Shown here one piece after another: positions 15,266 through 26,179 of a DNA stretch of 51,993 bases (its first letter is position 1; each line of letters begins with the position of its first letter). The notes under the pieces were generated by a model that was given only the letters and a program-made list of their open reading frames with translations, was not told where the DNA came from and searched no databases. The DNA lies in NCBI GenBank assembly GCA_018814025.1, contig JAHJAM010000012.1:1-51993 (forward strand), given 5' to 3'. The stretch comes from Patescibacteria group bacterium. GTDB taxonomy: Bacteria; Patescibacteriota; Patescibacteriia; UBA9934; GWF2-40-263. Both the position numbers and the translations under genes were made by a program.

Positions 15266-16330
15266 TTAGCGCACCACACGGATGGATTCATCCCAGTGAT
15301 GGTTGTAGACGATCCAAGCCAAATCCACGAGAATGGGAATGACCCGAATTTTTTCTTGGGTAATGAGCGGTTGGAGATGCTTTCGGCTTTCAAACGGAAT
15401 GGAGTCCGTGACGTAAATGCGGTCCACGGGGCAGTCCGGATCGGACAGACGTTCGGCGGCCGGACCGCAGAAAACGCCGTGGGTGACCACGGACCAGACT
15501 TCGGCGGCTCCGTAATCTTTTTTCAGCTGTCCGGCGCTGGTGACGTTGGTGTTGAAAGTGGCGATTTCATCATCAATCGATAGGACGCGAGCGCCTTTGA
15601 CGGCTTCCACTTGGCCGAGCAGAGTCAAGGACTTGATTTCTTCGCTGGAGATTCGATCTTTGAGGCCGTAGACGGCCGGCAGAGAGATCTCATATTCTTT
15701 CTGGATCTTGCGCAAGGGTTTTTCCGCACGCTTGAAAGCCGTGGAATCCGGGAAAGCCAGACAGAGCTTCATGCCGTTGGCTGAAGCGTCCTTGATGGCA
15801 GTTTGCAATAAACGCCGGAGCATGGACACTTCGGTAATGATACCGGTTCGGCCGGACATGACCACTTGGGGCGCATGCAAATCCATGGAGATGATGCGGT
15901 CCAGTTGATTATAGGTCATGCACATCATGGCATCGATGATGAGCGGGGGCAGGGCGAATTCCTGGTCGCCTTCGTCCTTGTCCGAACGGCCAAGGGGGAA
16001 GTAGCCGAAAAAAGTCGCGATCCGCGCCGCATGCCGTCCTTTGAGATAGCGCAGGAGAAAGATCAGCTTGATCAGCATGTCAGACGTGCCTGGGCCGCTG
16101 CCCAAGACCATGCAGTCATGGCCGCCGATGTGATGTTTGCCCAAGCGAATAAATGGTTCTCCGCTGGAGCGGACTCCGAAGTTGGGATTTACGATGTCAA
16201 CTGGAGTGGGACGTTCGCTTTCTCGCGTGCCCCGTTCTTCGATCTCAATCTTGAGCAGTTTTGCCCATGACTCGAAACCCGGCATGGGGACCAGAGTCAG
16301 ACCGCCGTGGCGGTTGTAAGGAGCGTCCAT
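15266..16330 (-). CDS. Divergent ribose-phosphate pyrophosphokinase (Prs)-like protein, 355 aa
   Basis: Prs-like blocks: GYFPLGRSDKDEG, MDLHAPQV, AFPDSTAFKRA, ARVLSIDDEIATFNT, VVTHGVF and RIYVTDSIP. ATG 16330 is preferred over 16429, which would abut the divergent gene. Confidence 0.7.
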   Translation of the reverse strand: MDAPYNRHGGLTLVPMPGFESWAKLLKIEIEERGTRESERPTPVDIVNPNFGVRSSGEPFIRLGKHHIGGHDCMVLGSGPGTSDMLIKLIFLLRYLKGRHAARIATFFGYFPLGRSDKDEGDQEFALPPLIIDAMMCMTYNQLDRIISMDLHAPQVVMSGRTGIITEVSMLRRLLQTAIKDASANGMKLCLAFPDSTAFKRAEKPLRKIQKEYEISLPAVYGLKDRISSEEIKSLTLLGQVEAVKGARVLSIDDEIATFNTNVTSAGQLKKDYGAAEVWSVVTHGVFCGPAAERLSDPDCPVDRIYVTDSIPFESRKHLQPLITQEKIRVIPILVDLAWIVYNHHWDESIRVVR

Positions 16331-16430
16331 GGCAATTCCTTTCGGCAAGGGTTGCACAAAGACATGGTAAAAATTTGAAGCGTTACTGTCAATGTATTTT
16401 TTGCGCGAAAACGTGTAAAATAGAATCAAT

Positions 16431-17069
16431 ATGCGAAAGAGTGAAGGAGCAATTCTGATATTGGCCTGTGTTTCATTAATTTTAGCTTGGTATTTGTATC
16501 CACAGATGCCGGCGCAAATGGCCAGTCATTGGAATTCAGCCGGCGAAGTGGATGACTATATGTCCAAGTTCTGGGGATTGTTTTTGATGCCGATTGTTTT
16601 GATTGGGATGGCTGGCTTGTTCATCTTGATCCCGCGTATTGATCCTTTGCGAAAAAATATCGACCAGTTCAGAAAATATTTTGACGGTTTCATCGTGATG
16701 ATTAGCTTGTTTTTGCTTTATGTTTATGGCTTGACGATCGCTTGGAATTTCAACTATCGATTCGATATGACCCTGATGATGATCCCGGCTTTGGCCGTGC
16801 TTTTTTATTATGTCGGATTGTTGACCGAGAAAGCCGAACCGAATTGGTTCATTGGCATTCGCACCCCTTGGACCTTATCCAATGAAAAAGTTTGGAAAGC
16901 CACTCATCAAATTAGCGGCCAGATGTTCAAGGCCGGCGCGGTGATCGCTTTGATTGGCTTGCTATTCGATGATTTGGCGATTTGGTTTTTGTTGGTGCCG
17001 GTCATGTTTACGGCTTTTTTTTCAATCATTTATTCATTTATCAAATTTAATCAACTAACTAAAAAATAA
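16431..17069 (+). CDS. SdpI/YhfL-family membrane protein (DUF1648 plus SdpI-like region)
   Basis: MASHWNSAGEVDDYMSKFWG (DUF1648-like), followed by four more TM helices. Confidence 0.65.
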   Translation: MRKSEGAILILACVSLILAWYLYPQMPAQMASHWNSAGEVDDYMSKFWGLFLMPIVLIGMAGLFILIPRIDPLRKNIDQFRKYFDGFIVMISLFLLYVYGLTIAWNFNYRFDMTLMMIPALAVLFYYVGLLTEKAEPNWFIGIRTPWTLSNEKVWKATHQISGQMFKAGAVIALIGLLFDDLAIWFLLVPVMFTAFFSIIYSFIKFNQLTKK

Positions 17070-17070
17070 T

Positions 17071-17448
17071 ATGGAGGTTTCGTTATTTTTGGGCAAAGTT
17101 ATTGCCCTGTACTTCATCATCATGGCTTTGTTCTTGATCATTAAAAAGAAGTCACTTAAATCAACGATTGAAAATTTCTGGAAGAACGATGGTTCAATGA
17201 TGTTCATGTCGGCGATAGTTTTAATCATGGGTTTGATGGTGGTGGTTTCACATAAGGTGTGGACTGCTGATTGGCGGATCATTGTTACACTGGTTGGTTG
17301 GTTGATGTTGCTTAAGGGGGTAGCTTTGCTTTTTTTCCCAGATTGGTTGAAGAATTTAAGCAAGAAAATGATGAAAGACAGTTATATGTTAGTAGCCGGT
17401 GTGATCTGGTTCATTATCGGTTTGTATTTGTTGATGAATGTCCTGTAA
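17071..17448 (+). CDS. Hypothetical 4-TM membrane protein
   Basis: The ORF abuts the previous gene. Hydrophobic profile. Confidence 0.55.
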   Translation: MEVSLFLGKVIALYFIIMALFLIIKKKSLKSTIENFWKNDGSMMFMSAIVLIMGLMVVVSHKVWTADWRIIVTLVGWLMLLKGVALLFFPDWLKNLSKKMMKDSYMLVAGVIWFIIGLYLLMNVL

Positions 17449-17454
17449 TTTTTA

Positions 17455-17489
17455 AAAATAAAACACCGCCTGTGAAGGCGGTGTTTTTG
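17455..17489. terminator. Bidirectional terminator
   Basis: Stem ACACCGCC / GGCGGTGT flanked by A- and T-runs. Confidence 0.7.
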
Positions 17490-17490
17490 A

Positions 17491-18720
17491 TTAGCCAAAC
17501 ATCAACCATTCGGGTTTAAACCAGAGCAGGAGTCCCAGGATCACCATGACTACGCCACCGATGATGTGCGAGGCGCGGGAATATTTGTGGGTGAGGCCGG
17601 TCACTTCCAAGGTTTTCATGGCCACAAAGAAGACAATCAAATCATCCAACATGAAGATAAAGACATAAAGAAGGATGTAGCCGTAATATTGCCAGGTGGA
17701 CAGGTTTGATAAAGCTAGAACTTGCGTATAAACAGCCGGCAAGCCGGCGGAACAGACTAGTTCAATCATGTTGACGGAAACAGCCAAAAGGATGATGCCA
17801 ATCAAAGCCCACCAAAATTTTTTGCTTTGGGTGATGTCCTTGAGTTTTTCCATGGTTTTCATCCGTTTAGGGTCACTGGTGACTTTGCAGGCACCTTCTT
17901 TATTCGTGAAAAATTCACGGATGTAATAAGCACCGCCGCCTAAGGCCACCGCGCCAATCGCCCAGCGCACCCAGACAATGAAACCAATGAAAAGCAAGAG
18001 ATTCAACCAAGCAGCCAGCACTCCGAAGTAGAACGCAGCCGAAGTGAAGATAAAGGCGCCGCCCAAAACCCACATGCGGCGCTTGTTTTCCATATTAACC
18101 AACAACCCAATCAAGAACACTAAGGTCCACATGGCGCAAGGATTAAATCCATCTAAAGCCCCGATGATGATGGTTAAAACCGGCAAGGAAAAACTCGCGG
18201 AGTTGATTTCACCAATCAATGGCAGATCGATAGTTTTCGAAACCCGTTCGGCTTCGGGTTCATCAACCGGAGTCGGAGCCTCCTCAATTTTGCCTTTAAG
18301 CAAATCACCAACCGGATCAGCTGTTTCGCCTGACTTGATATTTTCAATGGCTTTCACGAATTCAGTGCCATAATTGTTTTGCCAGCCAATCCAATACCGG
18401 TCGCCAATGATGGTGAAGGGTACACCCGTGACGTTGGCTTGCATGAGATTGGCAACTTCTTTCATCAAATTTCGGTTTTCCGCGCTGTACCAAATCTCAA
18501 AGTCTTTGACCGCGACTTCGGGATAGGATTTAACCAGTTCTTTCAGATAAAGCTCTTCGTCCGCACAATGTGGACAACCCTCACCGCGAAAAAAGTAGAG
18601 ATTGACTGTTTGGGCTTCTGGTTCGCTGATCAGAACCGGTTCCAGAGCTTGGGCCTTGGTTAGGCCGGGCGCTACCAGAAGGAAGCTGATCAGGAGTCCA
18701 AAAATTGCTTTCTTTAGCAT
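17491..18720 (-). CDS. Secreted thioredoxin-fold (CPHC) domain fused to a CcdA/DsbD-like membrane thiol-disulfide transporter domain
   Basis: Signal peptide. YFFRGEGCPHCADEE...VPFTIIGDRYWIGW is the thioredoxin fold, followed by GALDGFNPCAMWTL and six or more TM segments. Confidence 0.75.
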   Translation of the reverse strand: MLKKAIFGLLISFLLVAPGLTKAQALEPVLISEPEAQTVNLYFFRGEGCPHCADEELYLKELVKSYPEVAVKDFEIWYSAENRNLMKEVANLMQANVTGVPFTIIGDRYWIGWQNNYGTEFVKAIENIKSGETADPVGDLLKGKIEEAPTPVDEPEAERVSKTIDLPLIGEINSASFSLPVLTIIIGALDGFNPCAMWTLVFLIGLLVNMENKRRMWVLGGAFIFTSAAFYFGVLAAWLNLLLFIGFIVWVRWAIGAVALGGGAYYIREFFTNKEGACKVTSDPKRMKTMEKLKDITQSKKFWWALIGIILLAVSVNMIELVCSAGLPAVYTQVLALSNLSTWQYYGYILLYVFIFMLDDLIVFFVAMKTLEVTGLTHKYSRASHIIGGVVMVILGLLLWFKPEWLMFG

Positions 18721-18832
18721 AGAATGTATTTAGTTAATGAAGGGGAACAGGACAGTAAGTATAGCTATTTATGATATTTTGGGCAAATACCAATGCCCGT
18801 GTTGAATCGTGATTAAACAATTTTTTTCTACC

Positions 18833-18861
18833 TTGACCTCAATGCAAATATCCCTTATACT
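18833..18861 (+). promoter_or_regulatory. Sigma70-like promoter of the ATP synthase operon
   Basis: TTGACC, 17-nt spacer, TATACT, located 24 nt upstream of the atpZ-like ATG. Confidence 0.4.
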
Positions 18862-18884
18862 ACCGCTGTTTCAGATATCAATCT

Positions 18885-19148
18885 ATGACTTCAGACGCTG
18901 CTTATTATCGGCTCGCCATGCGCATTTTTGCGGATTTCAGCGCCACGATCGCGGTTCCAGCCGTGCTTGGCGCCTTGGCCGGCAAATGGCTGGATACTCA
19001 ATACGGTACAGAGCCGCGGTATCTGATTATCTGTTTGGCCGCGGTTTTCGCTTTGACTGCTCTGGTTATCGCAAAAAAAGCGAAAATTTATAGCCGCCAA
19101 TATAAACGTTTAATTGAAAAAGAAATTCAAACTGATCCAAAAGTATGA
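18885..19148 (+). CDS. AtpZ/AtpI-like small membrane protein
   Basis: Two TM segments. First gene of the atp operon, and its stop overlaps the atpB start. Confidence 0.6.
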   Translation: MTSDAAYYRLAMRIFADFSATIAVPAVLGALAGKWLDTQYGTEPRYLIICLAAVFALTALVIAKKAKIYSRQYKRLIEKEIQTDPKV

Positions 19149-19969
19149 TGGTGCCACCCGCGGCCGAAGCCCTGTTCCACGTCGGAGAATTTCCGATCAC
19201 CAATTCCATGGTGAACGGATGGGTTGGCGTCGTTTTTTTTGTGGCACTGGCTTTGTTGATTAGCCGGAATGTGCAAAAGGTGCCAAAAGGTTTGCAAAAC
19301 GTGGCGGAAGGCTTGGTGGAATTCATGCTGGCGGAAATTAAGAAAGTGACTGGTGATAATAAGCGGGCTAATGCCTTTTTGCCGATTGTCGGAACGATTT
19401 TTTTGTTCATCTTATTTTCCAATTGGTTAGGGTTGATTCCCGGAACTGGTTCAATTGGAATTTGGGGAGTACACAATGGAGAAGAATTGTTGATCCCAAT
19501 TTTGCGGCCGGCCTCAAGTGATTTGAATTTGACTTTGGCGATTGCTTTGTTCGCGGTAATTGCTTCTCATGTTTTCGGTTTGCGCTATTTGGGTTTTGAA
19601 AACCATATGAGCAAATTTTTCAACGTCCGCGGAATCATTCAGTCCATTAAACGCGGCCCCATGGCGATTATTGTGGCGATTATTGAATTCGGGGTGGGTT
19701 TAATCGAAATTATCAGTGAAATTGCCAAAGTGCTCTCATTGTCTCTTCGTCTTTTTGGTAATATATTCGCGGGCGAAGTTTTGATGACTGTGATGCTTGG
19801 ATTGTTTGCGTTTTTTCTGCCCTTGCCGTTCATATTTTTGGAAATTCTAGTGGGCGCGATTCAGGCCACGGTTTTTGCCATGCTGACTTTGGCTTATTTG
19901 ACGGTGGCGACCAGTGCGCACGAACCTGAAGAAGAACATGAATCCGCGTCCGCTGAAGCGCACGCCTAA
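19145..19969 (+). CDS. atpB: F0F1 ATP synthase subunit a
   Basis: LSLRLFGNIFAGE motif and operon position. Confidence 0.93.
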   Translation: MMVPPAAEALFHVGEFPITNSMVNGWVGVVFFVALALLISRNVQKVPKGLQNVAEGLVEFMLAEIKKVTGDNKRANAFLPIVGTIFLFILFSNWLGLIPGTGSIGIWGVHNGEELLIPILRPASSDLNLTLAIALFAVIASHVFGLRYLGFENHMSKFFNVRGIIQSIKRGPMAIIVAIIEFGVGLIEIISEIAKVLSLSLRLFGNIFAGEVLMTVMLGLFAFFLPLPFIFLEILVGAIQATVFAMLTLAYLTVATSAHEPEEEHESASAEAHA

Positions 19970-20036
19970 TTGTCGAATCAGATTTTGCTGTTAGGAGGCA
20001 GCAAGATATTAATTCGATAATTCATTATTCATTTAT

Positions 20037-20258
20037 ATGGAACCAGAAGCAGTCCTTACCCTGACTAAGGGTCTTACAATGGCAATCGGCGGCATGATGC
20101 CGGCTTTGGCCATCGGCTTACTCGGCATGAAAGCCATGGAAGCCATCGGCCGCAACCCGGAAGACGCCGGCAAGCTGTTCGTCCCCATGCTCTTGGGCAT
20201 GGCTTTTGCTGAAGCGATCGCCATCTATTCATTGGTTGTCTCTTTCATCTTGACCTAA
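20037..20258 (+). CDS. atpE: F0F1 ATP synthase subunit c
   Basis: AIGRNPE...MAFAEAIAIYSLV helical hairpin. Confidence 0.93.
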   Translation: MEPEAVLTLTKGLTMAIGGMMPALAIGLLGMKAMEAIGRNPEDAGKLFVPMLLGMAFAEAIAIYSLVVSFILT

Positions 20259-20302
20259 TCAGCGGGCGGCCGAGGATCGGCTGCCCTTAAGGTTATTTAT
20301 AT

Positions 20303-20845
20303 ATGAGTGAAGCGACAATCATCAATGAAGCGGCGCAAGCCGCGGAAAGCGCAGGCGGCTTGGGGGCTTTGGGTATCAATCTGAAGATTTTTATTGCCCA
20401 ATTAATCAACTTCGTGGTGGTGCTTTTAGTTTTGTGGAAATGGGCCTACACGCCGATTGTCAAAATGCTGCAAAAAAGAAGCGAAACCATTGAAAAGAGT
20501 TTGAAAGACGCGGCCCAAATCGAAGTACGTTTGTCTGATTTGGAGCACGAACGCAAGCAAGTCATTAACGAAGCGCGCAATCAAGCGGCCAAAATCATGG
20601 AGCAAACTAAGGCGGATGCGGAGGCACGCCGCGAAGAAATGACTCAGAAAGCCAAGCGGGAAGTCGAAAACATTGTCACTTCCGGAAAAAATCAGCTGCA
20701 GCAGGAAAAAGAAGCCATGCTGCGCGCCGCGCGCGAAGGCATGGTTGAGATTGCTTTGGCGGCGGCAAAAAAGATTTTGTCAGAGACAATCGATGAAGAC
20801 AAAGCTAAGACCATGGCTGCCAAAGTTGTGGATAAGATGGTCTAA
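20303..20845 (+). CDS. atpF: F0F1 ATP synthase subunit b
   Basis: N-terminal TM segment plus a long charged helix, and operon position. Confidence 0.85.
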   Translation: MSEATIINEAAQAAESAGGLGALGINLKIFIAQLINFVVVLLVLWKWAYTPIVKMLQKRSETIEKSLKDAAQIEVRLSDLEHERKQVINEARNQAAKIMEQTKADAEARREEMTQKAKREVENIVTSGKNQLQQEKEAMLRAAREGMVEIALAAAKKILSETIDEDKAKTMAAKVVDKMV

Positions 20846-20848
20846 ATT

Positions 20849-21235
20849 ATGAAACTCACGTCCAAACAGTTAGCCCAAATGCTGGTGGCGGCTTGTGCCA
20901 ACAAGTCCGGCGACCAGCTTGAGGAAACAATGAAGGAATTCGTTGCTTTCTTGGCTCAGCGCCAGGAGCTTTTTCGGACACGGGAAATTATCAGACAGCT
21001 GGATGCGGTGTGGCGCGAAATATATGGCGCCGCGAATGTGACCATCGAAACCGCTTATCCGCTAACTGATGATTTGCGACAACAATTAGTTCAAATGTTG
21101 CGGGGGGCGGATCTGAAAGAAAAGCTGGATCCAGAACTCATTGGCGGTGCGAAATTACGCATCGATGATCGGTTGTTAGACGGTTCCGTGATGGGAAAGC
21201 TCATGGCCCTGAAAAAGACGTTAGTTTCAAAATAA
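20849..21235 (+). CDS. atpH: F0F1 ATP synthase subunit delta (short, 128 aa)
   Basis: C-terminal LIGGAKLRIDDRLLDGSVMGKL and operon position. Confidence 0.8.
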   Translation: MKLTSKQLAQMLVAACANKSGDQLEETMKEFVAFLAQRQELFRTREIIRQLDAVWREIYGAANVTIETAYPLTDDLRQQLVQMLRGADLKEKLDPELIGGAKLRIDDRLLDGSVMGKLMALKKTLVSK

Positions 21236-21250
21236 TCTATTAAGAAAAAT

Positions 21251-22756
21251 ATGGAAGTAAAAAATGACATAATTGAAGCGCTTAAGCGCCAAGTTGAATC
21301 ATTCCAGGCCGGCACCCAAGAAGAGCAGGTGGGCACGGTAGTGAGCGTGGGCGACGGCGTGGCGCGCATGACCGGGCTCTCGCAAGCCAAGGCCATGGAA
21401 ATGCTTCAATTTCCCGGCGATGTTTTCGGCGTGGTCTTGAACTTGGAAGAAGACATGGTCGGCGCCATTGTTTTGGGCGAGACTTACAAAATTAAGGAAG
21501 GCGACACGGTCAAATGCACGGGCCGGGTTTTATCGATCCCGGTTTCTGATCAATTAGTCGGTCGCGTGATCAATCCTTTAGGCGAACCGATCGACGGCAA
21601 AGAACCGTTCACGGCCGAAGAATTCATGCCCATTGAAAAAATTGCGCCCGGCGTCATGACTCGCCAATCCGTGAATAAGCCACTGCAGACCGGCATTAAA
21701 GTGATTGACGCTTTGATTCCGATCGGCCGCGGTCAGCGGGAATTAATCATCGGCGATCGTCAAACCGGAAAAACCGCGCTGGCGATCGACACGATCATCA
21801 ATCAAAAAGGCCAAGGCGTAAAATGCATTTACGTGGCCATCGGTCAAAAGGAATCGAAAGTGGCGAAGATGGTGGCGAAACTTGAAGAAACCGGAGCCAT
21901 GGAATACACCACCGTGGTGGTGGCCGGTGCTTCTGATCCGGCTTCGCTTTCCTTCATCGCCCCCTACGCCGGCGTGGCCATTGGCGAATATTTTATGGCC
22001 AAAGGCGAGGACACTTTGGTGATTTATGACGACCTTTCCAAGCATGCTTGGGCTTACCGCGAAGTTTCGTTGCTGCTGCGGCGCCCGCCCGGACGCGAAG
22101 CTTATCCGGGCGACGTGTTCTATTTGCACTCCCGTTTGTTGGAGCGTGCGGCTTGCATCAATGAAAAGCACGGCGGGGGAACTTTAACGGCTCTGCCAAT
22201 TATCGAAACGCAAGCCGGCGATGTTTCCGCGTACATTCCCACCAACGTGATTTCCATTACCGACGGTCAAATTTTCTTGGAAACCGATTTATTCTATCGC
22301 GGCATTCGTCCGGCCTTAAACGTGGGCTTGTCCGTGTCGCGCGTGGGATCATCGGCGCAAACCAAGGCCATGAAAAAAGTGGCCGGCACTTTGCGCTTGG
22401 ATTTGGCTCAGTTCCGAGAATTGGAGGCTTTTGCCCAATTCGCCTCGGATTTGGATGAAGGAACTCGCAAGCAAATCGAACGAGGCCAGCGCACCACGGA
22501 AATTATGAAGCAGCTGCAATATCAACCGATTCCCGTGGAAGAGCAGGTGGCCGTGATTTATGCCGTGACCAACGGTTATGTGGATCAAATCCCTTTGGAA
22601 AAAGTTAAGGAATGGGAAAACGGCTTTTACGATTACATGCGATCGGCCGGCGCTCGAACTTTGGATGAAATCCGCACCAAAGCCGAATTAACCAAGGAGA
22701 TTGAAGAAGCTTTGAAAAATGATATCGAAGGATATAACGAACGCAGCAAAAGCTAA
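21251..22756 (+). CDS. atpA: F0F1 ATP synthase subunit alpha
   Basis: GDRQTGKT P-loop and high overall similarity. Confidence 0.97.
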   Translation: MEVKNDIIEALKRQVESFQAGTQEEQVGTVVSVGDGVARMTGLSQAKAMEMLQFPGDVFGVVLNLEEDMVGAIVLGETYKIKEGDTVKCTGRVLSIPVSDQLVGRVINPLGEPIDGKEPFTAEEFMPIEKIAPGVMTRQSVNKPLQTGIKVIDALIPIGRGQRELIIGDRQTGKTALAIDTIINQKGQGVKCIYVAIGQKESKVAKMVAKLEETGAMEYTTVVVAGASDPASLSFIAPYAGVAIGEYFMAKGEDTLVIYDDLSKHAWAYREVSLLLRRPPGREAYPGDVFYLHSRLLERAACINEKHGGGTLTALPIIETQAGDVSAYIPTNVISITDGQIFLETDLFYRGIRPALNVGLSVSRVGSSAQTKAMKKVAGTLRLDLAQFRELEAFAQFASDLDEGTRKQIERGQRTTEIMKQLQYQPIPVEEQVAVIYAVTNGYVDQIPLEKVKEWENGFYDYMRSAGARTLDEIRTKAELTKEIEEALKNDIEGYNERSKS

Positions 22757-22758
22757 TT

Positions 22759-25051
<2,293 letters not shown>

Positions 25052-25053
25052 TT

Positions 25054-25494
25054 ATGAACAAAATCAGCCTGAAAATTGTTACCCCGGAAAAAGTCGTGTT
25101 TGAAGACGCGGGCGTGGATTCGGTTTCCACCATGACGCAAAGCGGGGAAGTGACGATTTTACCCGGCCACATTCCCATGGTTTCGAACTTGCAGCCGGGC
25201 GAGGCGCGTTACAAAAAAGACGGAGAGGAGTTTTTGCTGGCGCATTCCACGGGTTTTCTCGAAGTGCGCGGCGGAAACCAAGTGGTAATTTTGGCGGATA
25301 CGGCCGAGCGGGTGGAAGAGTTGGAATTGGAAAAGATCGAAGCCGCCAAAGAGCAAGCCCGGAGGATTTTGACGGAAAAACGAAATATCGACGAGGTGGC
25401 GTTTGCCGATGCCTCGGCCATGATGGAGCGGGAATTGGCGCGCGAACGCGTGGCCAAAAAGAAGTATCGCAAATTACCGAATCAACTCACCTAG
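25054..25494 (+). CDS. atpC: F0F1 ATP synthase subunit epsilon
   Basis: ILPGHIPMVS motif. Last gene of the operon. Confidence 0.9.
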   Translation: MNKISLKIVTPEKVVFEDAGVDSVSTMTQSGEVTILPGHIPMVSNLQPGEARYKKDGEEFLLAHSTGFLEVRGGNQVVILADTAERVEELELEKIEAAKEQARRILTEKRNIDEVAFADASAMMERELARERVAKKKYRKLPNQLT

Positions 25495-25528
25495 GAATCA
25501 GTGCCTGCTACCAGTGTTTAATATATTT

Positions 25529-25559
25529 AAAATCACTCCGGTTGAACCGGAGTGATTTT
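25529..25559. terminator. Bidirectional terminator
   Basis: 13-bp stem AAAATCACTCCGG / CCGGAGTGATTTT. Confidence 0.8.
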
Positions 25560-25572
25560 AAATTTGTGTCTA

Positions 25573-25833
25573 TTAGGCGCGTTCGGCCATGGGGCGGGCC
25601 AAGGAAACCGTGATTTCACGTTCTCCCAAGGTCTTGCCATCGAGCATTTCGATAGCTTTTTGCGCTCCCTCTTCGCTGGACATTTCGACAAAGCCGAAAC
25701 CGCGGCTGCGGCCAGTGAATTTGTCAGTGATGATTTTGGATGAGGTGACCTCACCGGCAACACTGAAAAATTCCTTGAGCTCGTCTTCGCTGGTGGCGAA
25801 AGGCAGGCTGCCCACGAACAACTTATTGTTCAT
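25573..25833 (-). CDS. RRM-type RNA-binding protein
   Basis: RNP2 is LFVGSL and RNP1 is RGFGFVEM. Confidence 0.9.
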   Translation of the reverse strand: MNNKLFVGSLPFATSEDELKEFFSVAGEVTSSKIITDKFTGRSRGFGFVEMSSEEGAQKAIEMLDGKTLGEREITVSLARPMAERA

Positions 25834-25985
25834 AGTACATGATTACGGACACGAATTAGGGGTGTGTCTCACTGAACCTGTTTGTTCACACCCTGACGAA
25901 ATCGTGCTGGGGGAATAACCTAGGATCGAGCAAATACTAGCACGGGCGTTAAAAAAATGGAAGAGAAAAAATAGGCCGTTTGGAC

Positions 25986-26102
25986 CTATTTTTTAGCCGC
26001 TCCGGCTTTGGTTAGGCGGATGGCTTTTTTCTTGCGATTGCTGGCCAGTTGCACTTTGCGATCTGCCTTCCATTTGGTGCGATTCTTTTTTCTCATGCCC
26101 AT
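25986..26102 (-). CDS. Possible small basic protein (38 aa, MGMRKKNRTKWKADRKVQLASNRKKKAIRLTKAGAAKK)
   Basis: Short ATG ORF in a gap. Lys/Arg-rich. No family recognised. Confidence 0.3.
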   Translation of the reverse strand: MGMRKKNRTKWKADRKVQLASNRKKKAIRLTKAGAAKK

Positions 26103-26179
26103 ATGATATGTAGAAAGTAGTAAGTAGCGGTAAGGATACTGAAATTAGCTGTTGGTGTCAAGAAACCCATCATTTTTCG

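Noticed and set aside
18809-19093. A 94-aa ORF overlapping the atpZ-like gene in another frame
   Set aside because: The 18885-19148 frame gives a two-TM AtpZ/AtpI-like protein whose stop overlaps the atpB start, so it is the better model.
25834-25985. Alternative hairpins (GGGGTGTG...CACACCC versus GGACAC...GTGTC) in the long 5' leader of the RRM-protein gene, considered as a thermosensor or riboswitch
   Set aside because: The stems are short and I cannot evaluate folding energies or conservation by eye. No known riboswitch core is recognised.
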